Assembly: GCA_951406725.2 (NCBI GenBank)
Contig: OX597838.1
Span: forward strand, 37,262,001-37,326,000
Reading direction: 5' to 3'
Length of the DNA: 64,000 nt
Origin: Octopus vulgaris
Taxonomy: Eukaryota
Shown piece by piece: positions 28,380-42,539 of the stretch. The notes beneath the pieces were generated by a model. It saw only the letters and a program-made list of their open reading frames with translations, did not search any database and had not been told where the DNA came from. How positions within the stretch are numbered: position 1 is the first letter of the stretch; each line of letters opens with the position of its first letter. The position numbers were made by a program, and so were the translations under genes.

Positions 28380-28391
28380 TTTCTACATATG

Positions 28392-28428
<37 letters not shown>

Positions 28429-28911
28429 TCTTAAACACTCACACACACATATAGGTGAATATATATATATATGTACATGTATACATATATATGAACACAC
28501 ACACACATATCAGTACACATATATATGAATCTATGAAGATATCCATATATATGAAATATATGCATACATTCACACATTTATATGGAAAACATAGTGTTTT
28601 TACATGTATATATACACATGCACACATATATACATTATAATATGACAGTATATATAGGGATGTATGTCTGTGGGTGTGCATATAATATATACATACACAC
28701 ACACACACACACATATATATATAATTACATGCATATATACATATATATACATTCATACATATATATATGCATACATATATACATGTATATGCATACATAT
28801 ATACATACATATATGCATACATATATACATACATATATGCATACATATATACATACATATATACATACATATATGCATACATATATACATACATATATAC
28901 ATACATATATG

Positions 28912-28953
<42 letters not shown>

Positions 28954-29056
28954 CATATATACATATATGTACATACATACATATATGTACATACATACAT
29001 ATATATATATATATTCATATACATACATACATACATATATATATATACATACATTC

Positions 29057-29087
<31 letters not shown>

Positions 29088-29562
29088 CATATATATATAT
29101 ATACATTCATATACATATATACATACATTCATATACATATATACATACATTCATATACATATATATACATATATATATATATATACATATATACATATAC
29201 ATATATATATACATACATATATACATACATACATACATATATATACATACATGCATATATATATGGTATATATATTGCTGCAAACACATACAGACATGAA
29301 AGCCTCCACACACACACACATGCATATACACTCACTAATTTTAAAGATTTATCACTTGTTTACGTGTCACTTTTCAATTAATAATATCCGCACCCCACCC
29401 CACACTTCATACCAATGACACATACCTAATAATATAAGAAATACCACAACTCCCTTGTATTACACCCTTCATGCTGACAAGAACATTATTATTATTATTT
29501 CTATCATCATTATTATATCATTATTATTATTGTTATTAGTTGCAGTAGCAGTGTTGTTTGTA

Positions 29563-29609
<47 letters not shown>

Positions 29610-29689
29610 TTTAATATTATTATTATTATTTTTATTATCATTATTATTATCATTATTATTATTCTTCTTCTTCTTATTATTATTTATTT

Positions 29690-29721
<32 letters not shown>

Positions 29722-29800
29722 TTTAATATTATTATTATTATTTTTATTATTATTATTATTATTTTTATTATTATTTTCAATGCCATCCTTGTTATTATTT
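28380..29800. repeat. Compound (TA/TACA)n and (TAT)n microsatellite
   Basis: Direct inspection. Confidence 0.9.
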
Positions 29801-30198
29801 AATCTATATATTTTTTTTTTAGATTATTTTTTTTTCAAATGGAAATCTCTTGTGAGATTATTATCATTATTATTAATTATTGATTAAGATGGTGAGCTGG
29901 CAGAATCATTAGTTCATTAGCATGTGGATGAAATGCTTAGTGGCATTTTGTCCATTGTTATGTTCTGAGCTCAAATTCTACCGAGGTCGACTTTACCTTT
30001 CGTCCTTTCAGGGTCAATAAATTAAGTACCAGTGAAACACTGGGGTCCGATGTAATCGACTTACCCCCTCCCCAACAAATTTCAGGCTGTGTGCCTTTAA
30101 TCAAAAAAATTATTAATTATCAACTAACCTACTACTTTCTGGTAACGGGCCTTGTGCCCAAAGGAATCGCCCTAGGGCAGCTAACTGAGAGGACTGTT

Positions 30199-30606
30199 AA
30201 GGCGGCGAACTGGCAGAAACATTAGCACGCTGGGCGAAATGCTTAGCGGTATTTTGTCTGCCGTTACGTTCTGAGTTCAAATTCCGCCGAGGTCGACTTT
30301 GCCTTTCATCTTTTCGGGGTCGATTAAATAAGTAGCAGTTATGTACTGGGGTCGATATAATCGACTTAATCCGTTTGTCTGTCCTTGTTTATCCTCTCTG
30401 TGTCTAGCCCCTTGTGGGTAGTAAAGAAATAGGTTTTTCGTCTGCCGTTACGTTCTGAGTTCAAATTCCACCGAGGTCAACGTTGCCTTTCATCCTTTTG
30501 GGGTCGATAAATTAAGTACCAGTTGCACACTGAGGTCGATGTAATCGACTTAATCCCTTTGTCTGTCCCCACTATGTTTAGCCCCTTATGGGCTATAAAG
30601 AAATAA
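30199..30606 (+). mobile_element. SINE family B dimer
   Basis: Full copy followed by a headless second unit joined at aaagaaataggtttttcgtctg. Confidence 0.8.
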
Positions 30607-33042
30607 GAACTGTTTGTACCCTGGAAAAACATGTAAATTGACAGGGTTCTTCTAAGGCTGTACTTGTCAGCACAAAGCATGTGGCTGAGTGGTTAGGTAT
30701 CTAGCTTACGATCACAAGGTTACAAGTTCAATTCCTGAAGATGCATTTTGTCCTTAAGTAAGACACTTTATTTCATGTCACTCCAATCCACTCAGCTGGC
30801 AAAACTGTGTAGTACCTGTATTTCAAAGGGGCCAGCCTTGTCACATTCTGTCATGCTGAATCTTCCTGGGAACTGCATTAAGGGTGTGCATGTCTGTGGA
30901 GTACTCAGCCACATGCATGTTAATTTCACAATCTGGCTGTTCCATTGATTGGATCAACTGGAACCCTCGTCGTCGTAACAGAGGGAAGACTTATCAGCTG
31001 AATCTTTTGGATTTCCTTGAGGCTTGATTCTTCTGACATATTGGTCTAAATGTTTCTTATTTCTTTACTGCCCAACTAGGGGCTACACACAGAGGGGACA
31101 AACAAGGACAGACAAATGGATTAAGTCGATAATATCGACCCCAGTGCATAACTGGTACTTATTTTGCCTTTCATCTTTTCGGGGTCGATTAAATAAGTAC
31201 TAGTTACGCACTGGGGTCGACATAATCGACTTAATCTGTTTGTCTGTCATTGTTTGTCCTCTCTGTGTGTAGCCCCTTGTGGGTAGTAAAGAAATAGGTA
31301 CTTATTTAATTGACCTCGAAAGGATGAAAGGCAAATTTGAACTCAGAACGTAAAGGCAGAGGAAATACTGCTAAGCATTTTGCCCGGCGCCCTTATATTT
31401 CTGCCAGCTCGCCGTTGGTCTAAAAGTTTCTGTTGTCCCTTTTTTTTTAATCGTACCTAGGGCACCTACAGTATCAGGATCAACTTCTGCTTTAAGCTGT
31501 CACATCTCTTGTATTTCAATTTCGAGGTCCTTATATTTACTAAGTTTGCCAAATTCCTTCACAAATGTATTTTTATCAATGGAAACACCTACCAGTCAAC
31601 CAGTATTTTCTTCCCTGTCTTTCAATATTATGTCTGGTTGGTTAGCAGGGATCATTCTGTTAGTGTTAGCAGGAAAATCCCAGAGGATGGTAACATTTGT
31701 TACCCTCAACAACTGGCTCAAGATGAGGTTCATACCATTTCATTTAGCTGTAGTACCAAAACTGTACTGCTTCCATATTTTCTAATGTAGATATAGTCTT
31801 GCCCTGCTGTGGTAACTTCTGCGTTCGCTTAGTGTCAGCATGGGACATCTCAAAATGAGATGGATTATTTGAGAAACGGGTCACAGAATCTGCATTTAGG
31901 GTCAGCACTGTCTTGAAGAATGTTAGCCTGGTAATTTCTGGTGAGCAAGCTTTGATCTTGTGCTGCTAGTATGAAACCTTCAATCTCTGCTTTCAATCCT
32001 GAACTCCACAGCCACTCATGGGTCGTTGCTTTGACTACATCAGCATTTTGACTTGGAAGAATATATTGTCCATACAGAGGCTTTTTTTTTTTTTTTTTTT
32101 TTTTTTGTACTTGTTTCAGTCATTTGACTGCGGCCATGCTGGAGCACCGCCTTTAGAGTGGTGAAAGAGTACAGCAGGGATCACCACCTCCTGCCGGAGC
32201 CTCGTGGAGCTTTTAGGTGTTTTTTTCGCTCAATAAACACACACAACGCCCGGTCTGGGAATCGAAACCGCGATCCTCCGACCGCAAGTCCGCTGCCCTA
32301 ACCAGAGGCTTATTATTATTATCATTATTATTATTATTGTTATTATTAATATTATTATCACTATTATTATTATTATTATTATCATTATCACTATTATTAT
32401 TATTGTTATTATTATTATTATCATCACTATTATTATTATTATTTATGGGTTTTTCTTCTTTCAAATTTGCTTCCATTTCTTGCCGAGTGTCTTCCCGACT
32501 CCTAGGGCAAAGAAACTCATAGTATACATTGGTAGGCCATTAAACTAAACTCACTAGTCCGTTCTTTTTTTTTTTTTGATAGAAATAAAGTTAAATTAAA
32601 ATACATGGGTAGTAATACTTCTCACATCGACAATGCTCTTCTCAATACGTGTGATGTACCAGTTAAGACAATCATTTGCACTTCTTGCAGGGATGGTAAG
32701 CCAGGGATCATTCTTCTTCTTATTATTGCTATTGTTATTATTATTATTATTATTATTATTTACTACACTCTCAGAGTGGTTGGTATTAGGAAGGGCATCC
32801 AGCTGTAGAAACTGCCAGATCAAGATTGGAGCCTGTTGCAGCCAGACCTCAGTCATATCGTCCAACCCATGCTAGCATGGAAAGCGGACGTTAAACGATG
32901 ATGATGATGATTATTATTATTATTATTATTATTATCATAATTTTTATCACTAATATTATTATTATTATTATTATTATTATAATTATTATCACTATTATTA
33001 TTATCATTATTATAATTATTATCATCATTATTATCATTATTA

Positions 33043-33073
<31 letters not shown>

Positions 33074-34104
33074 CATCATAATCTATATTTTTTGCTTATG
33101 AAGACTTTGTCTTTTTATTTTATGTTTTGTTTATTTGTTTTTGATGTTTTTGTTGTTATTTTTGTGTGTGCTTCCATGTGTATGAATATATATGTTGGAA
33201 TGTCGTGCATTAATGCATATGTGCATATGTGTGTGTGTGTGTGTGCGTGTGTGTAGTTCATCTCAATATGGGAGAAATAAAAAGCCAGCAAAAACAGCCA
33301 GAAATCAGTCGGGTGTTGGGGTAGCAGTTTTTTTTGGAAGGATAGAATAAAAATAAAAATAAATAAATAAAAAAAATGAAAGATAAAAAAAAAAATTTAC
33401 GAAAAATATTGGTTCCCAGAGAGAAAAATGAAAATAAATAAAACTACAAAAGCCAAAACAAAAAAAGAAAAAGAAAAAAAAATGAAAAAAATCATCAAAC
33501 TCCCCACCCCTGTCTCCCACAAAAAATTCACGCATATGCAGAATAATTTGCAAAATATATCATTATTATTATTGTTTGTTATTATTATTATTATCATTAT
33601 TATTATTATTCATAATAATAGTAATCTACATATGAAACAAGAATAAAAAAAATAGAAATAAAATAATAAAGAAGTAAAATAAAATAACGAGAGACCAAGC
33701 AAAGGAAAGGAAGGCGACTAACAGAATAATTAATTAAGATTTTATTCACACGTCTCGTTAATGAGAAAATCTTTTTCGGCTCTTTGGTAAGGCTGTAATG
33801 CAATAGTGCCAAGTAATGTCTATGACTATTGCAGGAATATTATAATTACCGAAGAGAGGTGCCAGAAGACTGCACCACGTGTGTGTGTGTGTGATGCGAA
33901 ACAGAAAGTAATGTGACTGTGGAGGAGAAACTGAAGGCGGGGTGGGGGGCGAGTTGGAGGCACAGGGGAAAATGTGAAGATGGGGGAAAAATAATTCAAT
34001 ATATATATGCGTGTGCATATATATATATACACACATATATATATAATATACATGTGTGTGTATATTATATATATATGCATGAATATATATTTATTCATAG
34101 TGTG

Positions 34105-34145
<41 letters not shown>

Positions 34146-35384
34146 GCATATATATGATATATGTATATATATATGTGCATATATATATACACATTGATAT
34201 ATGTATATATATGCATATATATGATATATGTATTATATATGTGCATATATATATGTATATATCTGTATATATATATGTGTGTATACATACATACATATAT
34301 AAAACTATGTATATATTTGTGTCTATATGTGTAAATGCACATATAGCTATATAATGTGCATGTATTAATATATAAGCTATATACAGTATATATGTTTGTG
34401 AGTAATGTTATTATTTTGCTTTTCTATATAAGATATTAAATATTCTTTTGTATATTTCTTTTTTTACTAATTAATTTAGTTTGATGGTTTATTTTCAATA
34501 CTTTACCACAGACACACAGACACACACACACACACACAAAGTAAACTCTGAGCAAAAAATCACACAGTCTAACTCAAATAGCATTTGGCGCTCTTGCTGC
34601 TCAGAAGGGGAGTTGCCAATGTAGCTCAATAGCTGTCAGAGGGAGAGAGAAAGAGAGGGGAGAAGAGAGAGAGAAAGAGAACAGAGAGGGAGGAAAAGAG
34701 AGGAAAGGAGAGAGAGAGAGAGAGAGGAGAGAGAAAAGAATGAGTGACATAGAGAGTGTGTAACAGATTCTTATGGAGATGTTCATTTTGGGAAAGGAAA
34801 TCTAACAGGCAAAAAATGGATTATTACCTGTTCTCTCTCTCTCTCTGTCTCTTCGTTTTGGAGGCTCTATTGAATCACTTCTAACAGTAGACTGTTCATG
34901 GAAGATTCCATTTATCTATACCATTTTTGACATGTTGCATTTAGACTCTACCCAGCTATCGTATTTCCAGAACAACTCATTTTTGATGTCACATCATCAT
35001 CATCATTGTTCGACTGTGGTCGAGACAATGGAATTTACCCTGCTACGCCAGACTTCACGGTCCATCATGGCATTATGGAGGTCCTGTTGCTGGATGCCTG
35101 TATCCCTGGAGATTACATCTGGGAGAAGAGTAGAAATTACCTCTTTTTTAGCTCTACAACAATGTCCAGCAAACTGGACTCTCCTACCTGGTTGGATGAT
35201 GCTTCCACGAGAGATTTTGAGCTCTCATAAGGAGGCGAGTGTAGGTTCCATCCAACCGCCTCTCAAGCTATCATTGCACTTTCTTGGAACCATGGTAACC
35301 AGTCCTCTGTCAAACTGTCCAACCCATGCTAGCATGGAAAACTAACATTAAATGATGATGATGATCTGATGGTACATACATCTC

Positions 35385-35600
35385 CTACTCTCTCTCCCTC
35401 TTTCTCCATCTGGCCCTTTTGATGGTTGTGATCAGCACCTGATCCATATTCCCTATCAACTTTCCTCTCTGGTTTTCAACAGTTCTTCTCCAGCTCTTCT
35501 TGGCTCGTCTGCACTTCCTCCTTCCTTCAGGGGCCCAAGTCATAGCTATCATACACTCATCACCAGGATCTTTCCAGCAGATGTCGCCAATGTGCATTTT
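35385..35600 (-). mobile_element. RTE-clade LINE 3' fragment
   Basis: AMTWAPEGRRKCRRAKKSWRRTVE..RARWR. Confidence 0.65.
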
Positions 35601-35744
35601 CTGTGGCACAAGCTCGAAAGAGGTTGCGTAGTCCTTAGTCAGGCAGAACCAAAAGAACTTCACAACTCAACACTTTCTCAGTTCATTTGCCAACCAGTTT
35701 ACACTGTGTCATCATTGTTGTCTTCTCCTCCTCCTTCTCTTTCT

Positions 35745-35932
35745 TCCATTTCTCTTTCTTCTTCTCCTTCAATTTCTTCTTCCATTTCTCTTTCTTCTTC
35801 TCCTTCAATTTCTACTTCCATTTCTCTTTCTTCTTCTCCTTCAATTTCTTCTTCCATTACTTTTTCTTCTTCTCCTTCAATTTCTTCTTCCATTACTTTT
35901 TCTTCTTCTCCTTCAATTTCTTCTTCCATTTC
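35745..35932. repeat. 36-nt polypyrimidine tandem repeat
   Basis: About 5 copies of tccatttctctttcttcttctccttcaatttcttct. Confidence 0.85.
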
Positions 35933-36852
35933 TTCTTATTCTCCTCCTCTTCCTCCTCCTTCCTCCTCCTCTTCCTTCCATTTCTTCTTTTCCTCCTCTT
36001 ACTCCTTCCATTCCTCCTCCTCTTTCTTCCACTTCTTCTTCCACTTCATCTCTTCCATTTCTTCTTCTTCTTCCTCTCTTTCTCCTCCTCCTCCTCCTCT
36101 GGCACATAAGGCTCCTTCCACCCACAAAATCTTTCTCTCTCTCATTCACACCAGCCTGCCTCTGTTTCGCATCACTTCTCCAGTTCTTGGATCTTCTATA
36201 TTTCCCTCCTTTCTTCCTTCCTTCCTTCTTTCTTTCTTTCTGTCACGGAGCCCATGTCATCACTGCCATATCTTTAGATTGACAAGTGGAGTGTGACTGA
36301 CCCTTGAGTTGCCCCTTGACTTCACTCGAGCGCATCTTCATGCTTCCTTCTCTTTCCAGGTCAGGTCAGGTATCATTGGGTCTCCCAGGTGTTGTGGGTT
36401 CTTCTGAGTGTCTGAAATTCTTGTAATCAGAATTTCTTTTCAAGCTCAGGTCTTTGTCCTAATAACCAGCCTTCAAGATCAGAAGGGGACAGGGTTGTTT
36501 CTTTGGTTGGGGTTTCATTCCCTAAGTCAATTTCATTTCTTTTCATCTAATCCAGTGATTCTCAACCAGGGTCTTTATGGCCCTTCAGAACCCATACAAG
36601 ATTTTGATGTTAAAATTTATGGGCAATAAATTGAGACTCCTGGTGGTTTGCTGTGCTTGAGGAGACACTCCAATCTGAATAAAATTGTGGCTGTCCTTGC
36701 ATGCACCCATGTTCCCTGCATTCTTCTCCAGAAGAACATTCCTAATCTTGCAGGCGTGTTGGGGCTGGTGCTATGTGAAAAGCATCTGCATTGGGGCCAC
36801 ATAAAATCCCCCATGCTGGTGCTGTGTAAAAGCCTTCAGTACACCCTTATAG

Positions 36853-37240
36853 ATGCAGGAGTGGCTGTGTGGTAAGTAGTTTGCTTACGAACCACATGGT
36901 TCTGGGATCAGTCCCACTGCATGGCACCTTAGGCAAGTGTCTTCTACTATATTCTCAGGCTGACCAAAACCTTGTGAGTGGATTTGGTAGACGGAAACCG
37001 GAAGAAGCCTGTCGTATATATGTGTGTGTATATGTTTGTGTGTCTGTGTTTGTCCCCCCAAATTCGCTTGACAACCGATGCTGGTGTGTTTACATCCCCG
37101 TAACTTAGCGGTTCAGCAAAAGAGACTGATAGAATAAGTACTGGGCTTACAAAGAATAAGTCCTGGGGTCGATTTGCTTGACTAAAGGCGGTGCTCCAGC
37201 ATGGCCACAGTCAAATGACTGAAACAAGTAAAAGAGTAAA
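36853..37240 (+). mobile_element. SINE family A
   Basis: Full-length copy. Confidence 0.85.
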
Positions 37241-37793
37241 AGAGAAAGTAAGAGTAATAAAGAAGGCTTCCACATGGTCACTCAGCATGCTAGAAATAGC
37301 AGCCATATATCTCACAGTACAATTGTATATGTAAGTCAAAGGCGTGACTGTGTGGTCGAGAAGCTTGCTTTCCAACCATGTGGTCTGGGATTCAGTTTCA
37401 CCACACACCACCTTGAGCAAGTGTCTTCTCCTATGACCCCAGGCCAATCAAAGCCTTGTGAGTGAATCTGGTTGGCACAAACTGAAAGAAGATTGTCCTC
37501 CACAGCAGAAGTATTAATGCCACTCCCCCCTGCTGAAGAGGATGAACCTGCAAGTACCCTATGCTGGTGCAACATGAAAAGCATCCAACCTTAGGGGTCA
37601 AACCAAATCAGACCGGAACCTACTGCAGCTCTCCTGCTTGCCAGCTCTAGTCAAACCATCCAACCCATGCCAGCATGGAAAACGGATGTTAACTGATGAT
37701 TATATATATATATGTATATATATGACCTCGTGTGTACCGTTGGCGATTGTTTTTTTCTCTGTCTTCCCTTCTCTGGATCTTTCCTTCTCCTAT

Positions 37794-37828
37794 GTTTCCG
37801 ACGAAGAGCTCCGCTCGAAACGTTAAAC
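37794..37828 (+). ncRNA. Minimal hammerhead motif with U4>C
   Basis: guuu-CcGACGA-agagcuccgcuc-GAA-acgu-U-aaac in an approximately 200-bp (TA)n-flanked element related to 2360-2548. Confidence 0.55.
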
Positions 37829-37977
37829 CCTCCTTTCCTTCTTTCCTGAGCGTCCAATAATACTATATTTGTTCCACGTCCTCGCGTTGTTGTGTTTTTT
37901 TGTGCTTTCTTGTTTGGATTAACTATATATATATAGATAGATAGATATATAGATAGATAGATATGTATATATATGTG

Positions 37978-38282
37978 AAGGCGCAATGGTCCAGTGGGTA
38001 GGGCAGCAGACTCGTGGTCGGGGCATCACACTTTTGATTCCCAGACCAGGCGTTGTGTGTGTTTATTGAGTGAAAACACCTAAAGCTCCATGAGGCTCCG
38101 GCAGGGGGTGGTGACGATCCCTGTTGTACTCTTGCGCCCCAACTTTCTCTCACTCTTTCTTCCTGTTTCTTGAGTAACGCTGTGATGGACTGGTGTCCTG
38201 ACCAGCTGGGGGGAGCACATATGCCACAGAAACTGGGAAACTGGGCCCATGAGCCTGGCTAGGCTTGAAAAGGGCGCATAAA
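37978..38282 (+). mobile_element. tRNA(Arg)-like SINE family C
   Basis: Family head ggcgcaatggcccagtggttagggcagcggacTCGcggtc..ttcgattccc; other copies at 17190-17498(-), 32160-32303(-), 58210-58505(-) and 63762-63950(+). Confidence 0.8.
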
Positions 38283-38553
38283 TAAAAAAAAAAAATATAT
38301 ATATATATGTATTTACACTTGAGAATACCCTTGTAAATGTGATGGTTGTAAATGAATATCAAATTAGTTTGTTTATTACCAATCTTTCATGAAAAGCACA
38401 TCTAGATAGCAGGAAATATTTCCTTGCTTGAAAACAGACGAGGGTTTGGGACAGGAAAGGTGTCCAACTGTATAATATCTGTCTCAACAAATTCTGTTAT
38501 TATTATAAATAATAACCTGTAAATAATGCATTAATAAACCCAATATCTACATG

Positions 38554-38689
38554 CTAACCTTTAGCACACTGAAGGCTGACCGTGTCACTATATGAGTTTT
38601 CTCCCTTCTCAGCGTGACACAATCTACTTACAGCTACAAGGAACAAAACTCATATGGCGACATCATTTACCTAAGCAGGCTAAAGGTTA
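38554..38689. mobile_element. Short MITE with terminal and internal inverted repeats
   Basis: taacctttagc/gctaaaggtta ends and internal tgtcactatatgagtttt/aaaactcatatggcgaca. Confidence 0.55.
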
Positions 38690-39350
38690 AAAAACAAAAT
38701 ATGTTGAAGACTGCTTTTGACTTTTTCCATCCAAATCCCTTTTTTTAAACCCAATATTCTTCATGTTATTGTTTATAGCTTCATCTAATTTGAGCTACAC
38801 CAATGAAAATGAAATTTTTTGTGTTCTCTGAAAGTTTATGAATTCTTATAACATAAACAATTCTGTGGATTTTTCCCCAGTGCAGCATAGCAAGCGAGCT
38901 TGTTTTAACATTTTAACATTGAAACCAGCCATACCCAGCCAAAATGTTCTACCTATTTTATGTTCAAACTGGTCATATACAGCTTCCCACACCTACCCTA
39001 CAACATCATTTTAAAAATAAACAACCCTACCATCAAAATCTCAATGCTACAACATAATTCATGATTAATTCAAAACTATTTGAATAAATAAGCATTATGT
39101 TTGATAGAGTTATTTGAGCACTACCGGGTTAAACCAGCCATATATGGTTTAAATATTCTGTTTTATGTTCAGACCACCAGGTCGAGCTTCTCACTGCTAT
39201 TCTACAATGTAATTCTTAAACCAAACAATCACATCATTTAAATCTCAAAGCTATGAGATAATCCATGATTAATTCAAAACATTTGACAGAGTAATCTGAA
39301 AGTGAAAGAGTTAATATCATGGCATTTTTCAATTCTTTATCTGCTTCCAG

Positions 39351-39767
39351 GAGCTGTAAACCAAATGGTCTGCTGGCAAGCATCAGTTCAGCGGCAACTT
39401 CTCCGAAACAGAATGGCAAATCAAGTTCTAGTCCCTGTCCAAAAAGTGGTCGCAATCGAAGCCGTTCACTGTCATATTCGTCGACCGAGCGAGCGAAGAA
39501 GGGTGGCTCACCTACCCAGCACAAGTACACAAAGCCCAGATATTCGTCAGACAGCTCACGAAGTCCGTCACCCGTTGCTCACAAGACGTCGTCGCGCACC
39601 TACCGCTCGAGTCAGTCCAAGTCTGGCAGCAAGTCACCACGGCGTCGGCAACAGCGGTCGCGCAGCCGTAGTCGCTCCAGATCGTTTTCTCGTGCCAGGT
39701 CCAGAAAGACGAGGTCACCATCAAGGTCACGGTCAAGGTCATGTTCAAGGTCACGCAGCTATCGAAG
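39351..39767 (+). CDS. Srrm234: Internal coding exon, RS/SP-rich region of Srrm2/3/4 (Srrm234) splicing factor
   Basis: Acceptor ttctttatctgcttccAG (AG 39349-39350) and donor cgaag|GTtaga (GT 39768). The 417-nt open frame SCKPNGLLAS...RSRSRSRSFSRARSRKTRSPSRSRSRSCSRSRSYR is GC-richer than the flanks, phase 2-2, and joins in frame to the 55482 exon. Confidence 0.85.
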
Positions 39768-40599
39768 GTTAGAAGTTTTTTGTTTTTTTATGTTTTGTTC
39801 CTTTTATTCTTTTTCTTCCCTTTTTTACTCTTTTCAATCATCAGGCTGCGGCCATTCTGGAGCACTGCCTTGAGGTGTTTGACATTGGTTGAATCGACCC
39901 CAATACTCTTATTTTTTGAAGCCCAGGACTTATTTTATCAGTCTCTTTTGCCGAACTGCTAAGTTATAGGGACGTAAACATACCAACACACTGGTTGTAA
40001 AGCTGTGGTGGGGCACAGACACAAAAACTCACACACACACCTACACATACACACCTTGACCAAGAGAGGGGAGCATCTGAGAGGGATGCATGCAGGATGT
40101 TGAGACTCTGAAGTATGATAGAGGGACAAGAACAATTGTCTTGCCATAGAAGAAATACATGGCTATCTTACATTCTATATAAGGGTATTTCTTATTTTTT
40201 TATTGTCCACAAGGGGCTAAACATAGAGGGGACAAACAAAGGGATTAAGTCGATTACATCGATCCCCCAGTGCGTAACTAGTACTTAATCTGTTGACCCC
40301 GAAAGGATGAAAGGCAAAGTCGACCTCAGGGGAATTTGAAGTCAGAACGTAACGGAACCCTGATCAAATGATGGATGCAGGGATATGCTATTATGGCACA
40401 TGCCCCCATACTAGTAGCATCATCATTATCATCTAATGTCACTTTTCACTGCTGGTATGGGTTGGACATTTTGACAGGGTCTGGTAAGGCTGGGATCCAT
40501 TGTTTGTTTGGCATGGTATCTACAGTTGAATGCCCTTTCTAATGCCAACCATTTCTAATGCCAACAGAATATAAATATTCTGTAAAAATTTACGATCCT

Positions 40600-41640
40600 G
40601 TAAAAGCTTAAAGCATTTAGCAATCACCGTGCAATGACTAAGGAAAATAGTCTAATAAGGAAAAGCAAAAAATTTAATAGTGAATCTATCAGAATCTCTT
40701 CAGGATGTGAATGTATAAATTGTAATGGCTATAATAATCACCCTAATAAGAAGTGGAATGAGAGGAATATATTGTGGTACAACCCTGAGTTTGGACCCCA
40801 AGTATCCTCTTAACTTGTAAGAATTTTTTCCGAAAAATTTGAACATGAAAATATGCCTAATAATAATATAGAAGAAAATTGCAACAACTCAAAAGCATAG
40901 AGTAGGTGGAATAGGAAACATCAAATAGACGCCACATACTTTTCAGACATATACTGAAGCAATTCTATGCATCTCACATAAGTTGGAATAATTTATTCTT
41001 AAATTTAATAATAGGAAACTTAACCAAATTGATAATAATATCAACAATATGTCTGGTTGTAATGTAAATCCCATAGACAATCATAACAATAGCATTATGG
41101 GGAATGGTTATATTAGCTTGTATAATGGTAATATTAACAACAATAACAACGATAGTAATAATAACAATTATAATAATAATATTGATAATAATGATTATAG
41201 CAATAATAAAAGCAACAAAAATAATAATTATTGCACTAATAATACTGTTGGTAGTAACATGACTAGCACTAATGATGACTAATTATTTTATAAGAAAAAA
41301 ATGCAATTGTAAGAATAAAACTGTATATCCTCTAGGGAATGAGTGTCTCCAATGAAATATTGTATTTAAATGCATAGACTGAACTTAAGATAAAGAATTT
41401 ACATATATAAGTGCTGCAGTTGATTATTTAAATGTAATCACATTCCATCATTTAAAAGTACAAACAAAAGGTACTGCACAACATCTGTTTGTGATAAAAA
41501 CAGTTTACCGGCATCATGTGAACTCCAGATTATGCGATTTTATTTAAAAGCAACAATGTATTTTGCTGTCCAAAGAAGAACTAATTAACAAATACTCAGA
41601 CATTATTATGAGATGTAATATTATGAGATCAGAAGGGAAT
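40600..41640 (+). mobile_element. Degenerate Penelope-like element, RT-linker and GIY-YIG endonuclease region
   Basis: Conceptual translation RNILWYNPEFGPQV (about 40763), Asn-rich stretch, then KCNCKNKTVYPLGNECLQ*NIVFKC (about 41298) and LINKYSDIIMRC; resembles the WxNP / CNC..CPL.G.CL..N.VY motifs of C-terminal-EN PLEs. Confidence 0.65.
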
Positions 41641-42127
41641 ACAGGAAAAAATATTATCGCCAATGGATAATTGTTTTTAATAACATCTTGTATCAATCTT
41701 GGGAAAATTCAAAATGGCATTTTGGAATAAGTATTATTAAAATAATATAATACATAAAGAGATATTGTATTTTGGGAAAATGGACCCCAGTAGATATAAG
41801 ATTGTGTTATATGATTCATATAAATGCTTACATATTGTATGTGTGTGTGTGTGTGTGCATGCATGCAAATGTAAATATTTTTACATACATTTTTACATAT
41901 TCTGGGAGGTTCATGAAGACAGTGACAGGTGACCGAGACCTTTGTTGATACACCGTGCTTGTGTAGACCTGTCAAGTCAAATGGAATTGTAGCCATGGCC
42001 AATACCAGAGTCATGTCAATGGCACCTGTGCCAGTGGCATGTAAAAAGCACCCTCTACACTCTTGGAGTGGTTGGCATTAGGAAGGGTGTCTAACCGTAA
42101 AAACCTTGCCGAATCAGATTGGAACCT

Positions 42128-42539
42128 ATTTCTTTACTGCCCACAAGGGGCTACACACAGAGGGGACAAACAAGGACAGACAAATGGATTAAGTCGATTA
42201 TATCAACCCTAGTGCTTAACTGGTACTTATTTAATCGACCCCGAAAGGATGAAAGGCAAAGTTGACCTCGGTGGAATTTGAACTCAGAATGGCAGACGAA
42301 ATACCTATTTTTTTACTGCCCACAAGGGGCTACACACAAAGGGGACAAACAAAGACAGACAAACGGATTAAGTCGATTATATCGACCCCAGTGCATAACT
42401 GGTACTTATCTAATCGACCCCGAAAGGATGAAAGGCAAAGTCGACCCCGGTGGAATTTGAACTCAGAACGTAGCGGCAGACGAAATACCATTAAGCATTT
42501 CGCCCGGCGTGCTAACGTTTCTGCCAGCTCTCCGTCTTC
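42128..42539 (-). mobile_element. SINE family B dimer with 15-bp TSD
   Basis: Direct repeat atcagattggaacct at 42113-42127 and 42540-42554. Confidence 0.85.

Noticed and set aside
28439-29418. Long YI/HT-rich ORFs (also 49549-50564 and 51737-52548)
   Set aside because: Translations of (TA)/(TACA) microsatellites.
35592-36296. Ser-rich 234-aa ORF as an additional Srrm234 exon
   Set aside because: A 36-nt pyrimidine tandem repeat next to an RTE fragment, with no RS dipeptides or clear splice sites.
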